Part shown: positions 1-9,272 of the stretch, in pieces
How the letters are laid out: each line of letters begins with the position of its first letter
Position numbering within the stretch: position 1 is the first letter of the stretch
Assembly: GCA_964016885.1 (NCBI GenBank)
Contig: OZ024744.1
Coordinates: forward strand, 108,748,001-108,812,000
From: Eledone cirrhosa
Lineage: Eukaryota
Length of the DNA stretch: 64,000 nucleotides
Reading direction: 5' to 3'
The notes under the pieces: generated by a model
Told to the model about the DNA's origin: nothing
Database searches by the model: none
What the model saw: only the letters and a program-made list of their open reading frames with translations
Translations under genes and position numbers: made by a program

Positions 1-1
1 A

Positions 2-1131
2 TGTCGTCTAGAACATAAACAACTGAAGTGTCAACTCCAGAAGGGCTGTGGTCACAGTCTAGATGAAGTCATCAGTAGCTGGACATGTAATTTCTATCAG
101 TGTGTACACCTCTCAAAGGCTGGTTATGTTAATCACCTGAAGTCATCAATAGCTGGACATGTAATTTCTACCAGTGTGTACTCCTCTCAAAGGCTGGTTA
201 TGTTAATCACCTGAAGTCATCAGTAGTTGGACATGTAATTTCTACCAGTGTGTACTCCTCTCAAAGGCTGGTTATGTTAATCACCTGAAGTCATCAGTAG
301 CTGGACATGTAATTTCTACCAGTGTGTACTCCTCTCAAAGGCTGGTTAGTAACCAGTTAGTCACCAGTAAGTCACCCAGTAAGTCACCTGAAGTCATCAG
401 TAGCTGGACATGTAATTTCTACCAGTGTGTACTCCTCTCAAAGGCTGGTTATGTTAATCACCTGAAGTCATCAGTAGCTGGACATGTTATGTCTATCAGT
501 GTGTACTCCTCTCCAAGGCTGGTTATGTTAATCACCTGAAGTCATCAGTAGCTGGACATGTAATTTCTACCAGTGTGTACTCCTCTCCAAGGCTGGTTAT
601 GTTAATCACCTGAAGTCATCAGTAGCTGGACATGTAATTTCTACCAGTGTGTACTCCTCTCAAAGGCTGGTTATGTTAATCACCTGAAGTCATCAGTAGC
701 TGGACATGTAATTTCTACCAGTGTGTACTCCTCTCAAAGGCTGGTTAAGTTAATCACCTGAAGTCATCAGTAGCTGGACATGTAATTTCTACCAGTGTGT
801 ACTCCTCTCATAGGCTGGTTATGTTAATCACCGGAAGTCACATGAAAGGATAACTACCCACAACACCACTCAACAAAGACCTGGTGAAACAACGTGTGTG
901 ATATGCTACAAAGTGTGTAGAACTAGTTCTGGACTAAAAAGACACATGGTGGTACATAAAGATTGTGTCCCACAGAGTGACCCCACCAGTCCTGTGGAAA
1001 GCACAACTCTCTTCTGTCACCTGTGTTGTAAACCATGAAGATCTACAGCTGGCCTATAAACTCATCTACGAAGTCATGGACGTGGATGGGATGACAATGA
1101 AGAATCAATAAGAGATGGCAATCATCTGTGA
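2..1131 (+). mobile_element. 3' end of a decayed non-LTR retrotransposon (RTE-like) encoding three C-terminal C2H2 zinc fingers
   Basis: Manual translation: CRLEHKQLKCQLQKG...WTCNFYQCVLLSKAGYVNHLKS(H), then CVICYKVCRTSSGLKRHMVVH and CHLCCKP*RSTAGL*THLRSH, ending GNHL* at ~1131. In-frame stops show decay. A TA/TATG microsatellite tail follows almost immediately, as at RTE 3' ends. The RTE assignment is inference because no RT domain lies in the window. Confidence 0.65.
64..840 (+). repeat. 74-bp minisatellite, 10 units, derived from a zinc-finger coding segment
   Basis: TGAAGTCA unit starts at 64,138,212,286,389,463,537,611,685,759 (partial at 833). Spacing is 74 except one 103-bp unit carrying a short cagtaagtcac-type stutter at ~350-388. 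Confidence 0.97.
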
Positions 1132-1147
1132 AGACGCTGCAAACCTC

Positions 1148-1645
1148 ATATATATATATGTGTGTATGTGTATGTCTGTTTGTATATATGTATGTATGTT
1201 TGCATGTATGCATGCATGCATGTATGCGTGTATGCATGTTTGTGTATATGTATATAATCATGTATGTATGTATGAATGTATGTGTGTGTGTATATGTATG
1301 TACGTACGTACGTATGTATGTGTGCATGTTTGTGTATATGTATATAATCATGTATGTATGTATGAATGTATGTGTGTGTGTATGTATGTACGTACGTATG
1401 TATGTGTGCATGTTTGTGTATATGTATATAATCATGTATGTATGAATGTATGTGTGTGTGTATGTATGTACGTACGTATGTATGTGTGCATGTTTGTGTA
1501 TATGTATATAATCATGTATGTATGTATGAATGTATGTGTGTGTGTATGTATGTACATACGTATGTATGTATGTGTATATGTATGTATACATGTATGTACT
1601 ATGTATGTATGTGTGTCTGTGAATGTATGTATGTGCATGTGTATT

Positions 1646-1689
<44 letters not shown>

Positions 1690-1805
1690 ATATGTGGGTA
1701 GGTATGTATATATGTTTGTGAGTTTGTATGTAATGAATGTGCGTATATGTATGTTGTTTATACATATGTGTGTGTATGTATGGTGTATGTGTGATATATG
1801 TGTCG
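1148..1805. repeat. Compound TA/TATG/TG microsatellite with an ~80-90 bp higher-order unit
   Basis: gcatgtttgtgtatatgtatataatcatgtatg recurs at ~1234, 1324, 1408 and 1488. Confidence 0.9.
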
Positions 1806-1836
1806 TGTATCATGCGCCTCTAACGTTGCTACAGCA

Positions 1837-1960
1837 GGGAGCCATTGCTACCTTCACTAAATACTCTGCGCAACACACTGCTATGCTGGAAATAGCAGCT
1901 AAATACTCAGTAAAGCACACCCTATTATCTTATAGAGGACGACATACTCGATTGCGAGGT
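1837..1960 (+). mobile_element. Short interspersed repeat fragment (gaaatagcagcYaaat family)
   Basis: gaaatagcagctaaat at ~1889 matches the minus-strand copy atttggctgctatttc at 4335-4350. It resembles an abundant Octopus repeat (recollection, not a database result). Confidence 0.5.
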
Positions 1961-1961
1961 C

Positions 1962-1963
<2 letters not shown>

Positions 1964-2054
<91 letters not shown>

Positions 2055-2075
2055 CACACATATATATATATATAT
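1964..2075. repeat. (CA)n followed by (TA)n microsatellite
   Basis: Direct reading. Confidence 0.98.
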
Positions 2076-2229
2076 AAATGAAGTAATTCCGTCGGAAAAG
2101 TCCAGGAAAAAAGAGTGCTCTATGTAGGTAACAGAGCTTAATAGTTATGTAATAAACAACATAAGGCAATTATTTCATTTACCAGAAACCACTGGTAAAT
2201 GAAATAATTGCCTTATGTTGTTTATTACA

Positions 2230-2236
<7 letters not shown>
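2076..2236. mobile_element. Short fold-back element between (TA)n tracts: 45-bp perfect inverted repeat plus unique cap
   Basis: Arms 2141-2185 and 2192-2236, loop aaacca. The cap contains cggaaaagtc..gagtgctcta..gagct, which also occurs on the minus strand at 10593-10670. Confidence 0.7.

Positions 2237-2315
<79 letters not shown>
2234..2315. repeat. (TA)n microsatellite
   Basis: Direct reading. Confidence 0.98.
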
Positions 2316-2320
<5 letters not shown>

Positions 2321-2352
2321 AGATCAAAAGATGGTTAAAGGAGTTCCATATA

Positions 2353-2419
2353 TTTTATTATGCGCATTTCAAAAACAAACATCATCAAGCAATAATATTT
2401 GTGTTTTCATCAGATAAAA
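2353..2419 (-). ncRNA. Minimal type I hammerhead ribozyme motif
   Basis: Minus strand: ttttat-CTGATGA-aaacacaaat...tttgttttt-GAAA-t-gcgc-ATA-ataaaa. Helix I is ttttat/ataaaa. Confidence 0.75.
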
Positions 2420-2523
2420 CAGGAGAACAGAAGGCTAAAAAACACTTGTGGATAGTGCAGTTTTAAATCAACATATCTGCACTATCCACAAGTGTTTTTT
2501 AGCCTTCATATCATGTTCTCCTG

Positions 2524-2590
2524 TTTTATCTGATGAAAACACAAATATTATTGCATGATGATGTTTGTTTTTGAAATGCGCATAATAAAA
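2524..2590 (+). ncRNA. Minimal type I hammerhead ribozyme motif
   Basis: ttttat-CTGATGA(2530-2536)-stem II-GAAA(2573-2576)-t-gcgc-ATA-ataaaa. Predicted cleavage is after A2584. Helix III has a palindromic GCGC loop. Confidence 0.78.
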
Positions 2591-2779
2591 TACATGGAAC
2601 TCCTTTAACCATCTTTTGATCTTATATTATATATACTCCAGTCCTACAAACTGTAGAGTGCTTCTTATCCGATATCTGCATTGCTTTATTGTACTACAAT
2701 AAAACTCACCTCCTACATATATATATATATATTAATTCAAAATATTAACAAAATAGATATTCTTGTGATCAAGTATATG

Positions 2780-2840
2780 TTATTATACATATTTCAGAGG
2801 TACTGAGTTAACTTCAACAGTACGTCCTCATCAGATAAAA
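2780..2840 (-). ncRNA. Minimal type I hammerhead ribozyme motif (family B, inside the TA-flanked segment 2731-3020)
   Basis: Minus strand: ttttat-CTGATGA-ggacgtactg ttgaagttaact cagtacctct-GAAA-t-atgt-ATA-ataa. Stem II is gtactg/cagtac and helix I is ttat/ataa. Confidence 0.72.
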
Positions 2841-3015
2841 TAAGATGATGCATGATATACCCTGACATAGTAGATGGTTAAGATTCAGTCATTAAATATA
2901 TATAATTTTAGACACACGGTTTACTGTGTTTCTTACTATATATTATTAATCGGCTCAGTATTTTATACTTGGAGCTTAATAGTTACAGCGTTCCAATTGG
3001 AGTTTTAACTCTAAT

Positions 3016-3050
<35 letters not shown>

Positions 3051-3051
<1 letters not shown>

Positions 3052-3408
3052 GATATTAAACAAATGGAAACTACATTTATAAAACCATATTTATTTCATT
3101 ATATATATTTCAGGGATATCATATTAAAAATATGGTATGCCCTCTTCAGACAAAATACAATATATAAACAGTTTTATAAATAAATTTGACATACCTTAAA
3201 AAATTTTACAACTTCCATTTAAAAAGTTGTTATACCATATTTTTAATATGATATCCCTGAAATATATATAATGAAATAAATATGGTTTTATAAATGTAGT
3301 TTCCATTTGTTTAATATCGTAAAATACTCCAAAACCTGTTGAGTGCTTTTATATCAGTTATAAAATATTTACTCGTTGTAACCCAACAATTTTAAATAAA
3401 ACTTTTGC
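3051..3408 (+). mobile_element. Non-autonomous Penelope-like fold-back element, family C
   Basis: Inverted arms ~3051-3138 and ~3232-3319 with an ~95-bp spacer. The tail tACTCcaaaaCCTgttGAGTGCtt follows the right arm. (TA)n tracts lie on both sides (3020-3050, 3409-3469). Confidence 0.75.
3093..3156 (-). ncRNA. Minimal type I hammerhead ribozyme motif (family C)
   Basis: Minus strand: attttgt-CTGAAGA-ggg..catatttttaatatg..ccct-GAAA-t-atat-ATA-atgaaat. Helix I is 7 bp with two G-U wobbles. Confidence 0.72.
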
Positions 3409-3409
3409 A

Positions 3410-3469
<60 letters not shown>

Positions 3470-3473
<4 letters not shown>

Positions 3474-4010
3474 CAATTTAGCTTCAGGCATAGTTGTATA
3501 CAGATATGTATTGGAATTTCGTATTTCAGAAGAAATACGTTATGTTTAAAATAAACATTTGGAGAGCCGTAACTATCCGTGTTGGGGTTGCGCCCCGCGG
3601 ACACAACTGCAAAAGCATTTCTATGGACAATGACCAGCGACACCCGCTGCAATCAATAGTCACACCACCTCGCCTGGCTCCTTCTTCAGACGGGCTGCTG
3701 GCGTTTGGCAGTACGGGGTCCAAGTACGCCTGAGGTCTCGACGGTGACCCGGTGCGAAGAGTAAGTGGCCTGTCAATCCCCAGTATTTGTTTGTCTTCCT
3801 TTCCTCTGTAAAGTGGGCCGCGGTACCGGGGTTTGTGGCCGAAGTTACGAAGTTGACTCGGAGAACACGTACTAACATGTGACGTTGACTCGGTGAACGT
3901 GTTACATGTGGTGTCCCAGATGAAGATAATTCCGCCTGAACGCTTGGCGTCTCCGCTGTCGACACCTGTTGGTTCCAGTTGTGACGGGAAGCCAGCTGCG
4001 TCCAGACTAA
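3470..4010 (-). mobile_element. 3' fragment of a CRE-like non-LTR retrotransposon (restriction-like endonuclease domain), frameshifted
   Basis: Across three minus frames: SLDAAGFPSQLEPTGVDSGDAKRSGG..WDTTC; PGTAAHFTEERKTNKY..LFAP; QRVSLVIVHRNAFAV. These match the CRE-clade C-terminal pattern LEPxG..DGKRPDG..WDxTC..AAxxAExxKxxKY..QRISIAIQRGNA. The 3' end runs into (TA)n. Confidence 0.8.
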
Positions 4011-4134
4011 TATATAGAGTTACCATTGGTTTATTAATGAACTTTTACGTAGAATTTACTTATTTCTGTAATCCAGGAAAGTTATATTTAGATTTTTACA
4101 CTGTAACTTTCACCAACCTTTTACTCTCTGGCAG

Positions 4135-4259
4135 TAGGATCGGGTTTGAGGGAGATTTGTTTTCTATTTCTATCCAACAGATATAGTGGCTCCTGTGACA
4201 GACATATATATGTGTGTGTGTGCGTGCGTGCGTGCGCGAGTGTGTGCGTGCGTGCGCGA

Positions 4260-4290
<31 letters not shown>

Positions 4291-4380
4291 TACATATATA
4301 CATACTTGAAAGAGTAAAATGAGATTTGAAGGAAATTTGGCTGCTATTTCTAACAAGTCGAACTAGCTACCACACAAAGA
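4135..4380 (-). mobile_element. Two short interspersed repeat fragments separated by a TG/CGTG microsatellite (4205-4303)
   Basis: tttgagggagatttgttttctatttcta (~4145) and tttgaaggaaatttggctgctatttcta (~4325) are related to each other and to 1885-1905. Confidence 0.5.
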
Positions 4381-4489
4381 TCTCACTTATACTACTTTAT
4401 ACAGCAGAGATACCCAGGAATGTCTGTATATTCTTCCAAAGTAACACTATGCAGTAAAGTTGCAACTTCAGAATTCCTTACAAACTATA

Positions 4490-5945
4490 TGACTAAGGAA
4501 ATAATATATATTGTCATTGAATGAGGAATTACGATATTGCTCATTCTAAAGCCTCTGGATAAACAACATTCTTGGTTTTGTCCCGTGGTGCTACAACGAA
4601 GAGACAGGGTTTCCAACCCTTGTACCAACATAGAGTTGACCATGTGAAAAAACAGGATCTGCCAGGTTCCACCCAACAACTTTCAATGATTGCCCTTGAG
4701 ATTTATTGATGGTTGTGGAAAAACTGAATCTGATAGGGAATTGAAGTCTTTGAAATTCAAATAGCAAATCAGTTGTCTTCAGAGGTATTCTAGGAATGAA
4801 ACAATTATCACCTACAAAGTTTCCTGACAAGATTGTGACTTTTAGGACATTGGGCATCATATTTTTAATGATGAGTCTTGTGCCATTGAAAAGTTTTGGA
4901 GGAGCCAGATTACGAAGTAACATAACCGATGTTCCAAGCTTCAGTATCAGGTTGTGTGAAGGAATTCCTGCTAGTTCAAGACTGTTCAAACAAATTCAAT
5001 TGGATAGTTTACAACCTGGTCTTGGGAAGTGATTGTGTCAACTAATTTGTAGCATCTTTGCTCTCCTGGTAACATGTCCAGTAGCCTTCTGTTGATTTCA
5101 TTCACATCAACATTTTTCGGTGCTAAGATTGTTCGTTCCCAGATATATTTGGGATCATATTGTCTGATCTGAATGTTTGGAACCACTCTGGCAATCAGTT
5201 CTTGTTCTTTTTCACTGATATGGCCAAATGACAACTGAATCCGGTCTTTGGGAGCCTTTTCAAGTAGTCCTTTTCCTAATTTAAGTAGTTGGATGACAAA
5301 CTCACTGTCACCTTCATCACCAGTCAAGTGCACTTGAATATTGGTTGTAAGGCTCAGCCACTGAAAGTGGGGCCAGAGATAGGATGTTTTCAGACAGGCT
5401 TGACCTTAGCTCATGTTCCACGGGGAATTACAGGCTGAGTTTGTCTGAAATCACCAGCAAGAACCATTGTCACTCTTCCCATTATGCAAGTATTTTCTCT
5501 TAGATCCCTTATTGTCCGTTCCAAAGCTTCAATTGCTTGTGTATGGTTCATGGTGGCTTCATCCCAAATTATCATATTGTATGTTTACAGAAACTTACTC
5601 TTGGGTGAGTTCTTGATGTTGTAAAAAGATTGTTCATATCGTGTGAGGTCTAAGGACAGCTTAAACGTGGAGTGTCAGTTCTTATCCACCCAGAAGTGTT
5701 GCTGCAATTCCACCTGAAGCCACGGCAAGGGAAATATGTTGCTTTTGGTGAACTTTTGCAGGCAGGGGATTTATGAGGAATGTCTTACCTGTGCCAGCAG
5801 GAGCATCGATAAAGGCAAGTCCTCCCCTGTCATTTTGAAAGTTTTCCATGATGTTGTAGTAGGCGTATTTCTGGTCATCCTCCAATCGAGATTCACTTTC
5901 ATCCACAAACTTACAGAAGGCTTGGATATCGTTCGCTTTTCCTCA
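4490..5945 (-). mobile_element. Helitron RepHel remnant: PIF1-family helicase domain, frameshifted pseudogene
   Basis: Ordered motifs: FIDAPAGTGKTFLIN (Walker A), VASGGIAATLL, IWDEATM (~5550-5572), GDFRQ (~5443-5457), ILAPKNVDVNEIN, VMLLRNL..NGTRL, RLQFPIRFSFSTTINKSQGQSL, FSHGQLYV. Intronless, with multiple frameshifts. Confidence 0.92.
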
Positions 5946-6166
5946 AAACTGTAAAACACTAGGATACACTTCAAAACTGTAAAACGCTAGGATAAAAATA
6001 TGTACATGTAATCTTGATTTTGCCAGTGGTAAACTGAAGAGATGATCAGAGTTTTCTGTAATAAAATATTTATCGTCTGCTTACATTAACTTTAGAGAGA
6101 GAAAAGGTTGAAGAACGCCTACACACACACATGCACGTGCGCACACATACAGTGTCACATATCCAG

Positions 6167-6289
<123 letters not shown>

Positions 6290-7120
6290 AATGCAAGGCA
6301 AAGAAGAAAGGGGAGAGATAAAATCTGAATAAAGAATGAATAGAAACTACACCTCAATAGTTTGTTTACGTTGCCAGCCTCAGTTAAGGTTTCAAACTTA
6401 TCGAATGTAGTTTTCTGTTTTCTCGCGTTTTCTGTTTTCTTTCTGTCTCTCCTACATCCTCTTCACTCTCTCGTCATATCCCCCTTCTTTCTTTCCCTCA
6501 CTTTTTTCTTTCTCTTTCTCTTTTTCTCTCTCTCACTCCCTCTGGAGAAACATAAAACAAAATGGACGGCTTCTTTCGATATAGTTAAGGAAATATTTAC
6601 AATTGAATTTAAATGAATCCCTTGCTTCGAAAAGCAAAAGTATCAAATTAAAAATGCGAGGAAATAATAGACAAAAATATACATATTTTTCTTCAAAGTC
6701 CCGACTGCAGTTTCGTCGAATCAGTTTGCAGCTATTTATACACTATAGAAATGCACCGTCTCCGTGAGGTTAAGAAGGCTTATCAAGAGACCCCCTCAGT
6801 TAGTGGATTGTTTCTTGACGTGTTCGCCGAGAGGTGGAGGGAGAAGTTAACACGCGATACAGTGGCCACAGAAGGGTAGTAAAGGTGAACAATAAGTGAG
6901 TAACGTATTTTCTAGAAAAAGCAGTTAGCATACGCTTGGTTAACTCGACCATAAAAGAGTTTGGGACAATATAGTAATGATATACACACTCATATATACA
7001 TACAAACGCGTCAAGATAAGCCTTATTAACCTCAGAGCGATGGCGTACTTCTATAGTGCATAATTGTTCAAACTGATTCGGCGAAGCGGCAGTCACAGGT
7101 GTGTGATGAAAGAACTCTGG

Positions 7121-7163
<43 letters not shown>

Positions 7164-7167
<4 letters not shown>

Positions 7168-8366
7168 GCGAGATCTGTCCACGCCTTGAATCTTGGGTGA
7201 TACCTAAAGGTCAAACTCTAGGTCACCACCCTCGTGGTGTGAACAGGTTCATGCGTGGGCTATCCCCTCAAGGTGGGAGACAGAAAGCGACAGGTATATA
7301 AAGCCTATATCATCCCACGTTTATACAGAGAGATCGGAGCACCACGATACAGACAAGCCATGTGAAAGATTCACCGCTACTTTCAGGCCCCAGAGGTCTA
7401 CAGACATACAGAGAGAACGGAGCATTACGCTACCAACAGGTTATGTAAAGATCACCGCTACCTTCAGGCCGCAGAGCTCTACAACCTCGACTCACTGGAA
7501 GAGAATCTTACGTATAATGATACTTCGAGGTTCAGCTGGTCGAGGTACGGCAACAGCTATTAAACACATGATAAACAACCCACGGGTACTACTCGCTTGG
7601 ACTCACTCAAGCACGCCTGGACTCACTCATCATACACGCCTGGACTCACTCAAGCACGCAACACAAAATTGCACATACTCCTGTCATAGCGTAAACCTTG
7701 ACTCACTGGAAAAGAATCTTACGTATGATGATACATCGAGAGAAATAGTCCTCTGTGTTATCATATCGTAAACCGATACCGTAACCCCAACGCTCAGCCA
7801 TCCATACACAACACCACGAAATACATGATCACAACTCTGTATATTTACAGTTTCTTCTAAATGTTACACACACATGCATACGCAGTTCTACAATATATAT
7901 TTTTTATCCCTCCAAATTTCTCTGCACTCGAAATGCGGGCGCAGTACTCACATTTTGTGTGTTTTGGGACACGCTTCTGAAATCAGATTTCGCTACCCCT
8001 TTTATAATCGATCGCTGCTCCTGCATCGATCTGGGTAGGGAACTAATGTAGCGAGATCTGTCCACGCCTTGAACCTTGGGTGACACCTAAAGGTCAAACT
8101 GTAGGCCACCACTCTTTTGGTGTGAACAGGTTCATGCGTGGGCTATCCCCTCAAGGTGGGAGACAGAAAGCGACAGGTATATAAAGCCTATATCATCCCA
8201 CGTTTATACAGAGAGATCGAAGCACCACGATACAGACCAGTTATGTGAAAGATTTACCGCTACTTTCAGGCCCCAGAGGTCTACAGACAATCAGAGAGAT
8301 CGGAGCATTACGCTACCAACAGGTTATGTAAAGATCACCGCCACCTTCAGGCCGCAGAGGTCTACA
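7164..8366 (+). mobile_element. Non-coding element with two 320-bp direct repeats (LTR-like, TRIM candidate)
   Basis: Repeats 7164-7483 and 8047-8366 both start TGTAG and end CTACA, and each contains a TATA-like gtatataaag and an internal ~75-80 bp duplication. Purine-rich gggtagggaa lies just before the 3' repeat. No clear PBS or TSD. Adjacent to (TA)n at 7126-7164. Confidence 0.6.
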
Positions 8367-8593
8367 GACCATTATCTCTCTCTCTTGGGCGCAGACTACA
8401 CCAACCTCATGAACCAACAACAAAATAACATTGTCAACCTTCGGAACCCGTGGTAACTTGTTTATTGTTCTTTTTGATTGAAGTGAAGTAAACCTTTTTA
8501 TATTAAGTAAATCGGCCATTCTTGTTATTTCAATAACAACTATGTTAATCTATCTAACAATTTCTTACCAATACACTTCGTTAAATATATATA

Positions 8594-8985
8594 TGCTCAG
8601 TATGTAGAAAAGGTGTAGGTAGGAATTCCATCCTCTGCCCCAAATGCAAACTATGGGTACACAAGATATGTAGGGGGATCTCAGGAAGTTTAGCTAAGAA
8701 TGTAGACTTTACATGTAGCAGTTGCACCGAGACAGTAAGCAGCAAACGGCCACGGGAAACAAGCACCACAACACTCTGGTAGGGCTCTGTAGAAACAGTA
8801 GACAGCTTCTGCTACCTAGGTGACCGAATTAGCAGCGGAGGTGGATGTTCTGAAAGTACAGTAACCAGGGTAAGAACGGGATGGAAGAAGTTCAGGGAGC
8901 TACTGCCACTGTTAGCTGCAAAAGGCTTTTCCCTCAAAATAAAAGGCAGACTTGATGATGCATCCATACGAACAGCAATGTTTGC
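8594..8985 (+). mobile_element. Internal fragment of an RTE-type LINE: PHD-like finger followed by RT C-terminal region
   Basis: Manual translation: CSVCRKGVGRNSILCPKCKLWVHKICRGISGSLAKNVDFTCSSC...*GSVETVDSFCYLGDRISSGGGCSESTVTRVRTGWKKFRELLPLLAAKGFSLKIKGRL. One in-frame stop. Confidence 0.85.
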
Positions 8986-9272
8986 GCACGCATGTGTCTG
9001 TATACGTGCGTACACAGCTAAGAAGATATGTGTATTTAAGTATAAGTATGTGTGTGTGTGTTTGTAAGTTCGAAGTTAGGAGCAAATGCATGTACATATA
9101 AGAGTGTGTGTGTTAGTTGGTGGTTCGTACAAAGCTGTGAAGGTAAATGTAGAGGTGTGTGTTTCTGAGCATATTAGCGCCATAGACATCTAGGGGTTGA
9201 ATGTACGCATGCGTGCGTAACAAGGGACGAGGTAAGGGTGACAGTGGTACGGGGTAGAGAAGTAAATCCAAT

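Larger units (their letters stand above)
2311..2716 (+). mobile_element. Non-autonomous Penelope-like fold-back element (inverted pLTR-like arms plus 3' tail), family A copy 1
   Basis: Inverted arms ~2311-2460 and 2477-2635, spacer ttttaaatcaacatat, tail 2636-2716 with ACTC..GAGTGC. Each arm has a hammerhead motif. Flanked by (TA)n. A second copy lies at 11842-12194. Confidence 0.8.

Noticed and set aside
64-840. Possible CRISPR array or poly-zinc-finger gene
   Set aside because: Units are contiguous with no unique spacers, there are no cas genes, and the context is eukaryotic. The 74-bp period breaks the reading frame.
2972-2985. 14-bp match gagcttaatagtta to 2134-2147
   Set aside because: A short AT-rich match with no extension, plausible by chance.
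4490-5945. Functional host PIF1 gene
   Set aside because: Frameshifted and intronless with Helitron-type motifs. No convincing Helitron terminal hairpin/CTRR could be assigned either.
5943-5994. 24-bp direct repeat at the Helitron fragment boundary as a TSD
   Set aside because: The copies are adjacent (28-bp period) and do not flank an element, so this is a local tandem duplication.
6034-6066. CTGAAGA as another hammerhead core
   Set aside because: No properly placed GAAA..UH or helix I complement.
9113-9272. Possible inverted piece of the PLE next to the ORF remnant
   Set aside because: The strand skew flips as an inversion would predict, but no convincing protein or nucleotide motif supports it.
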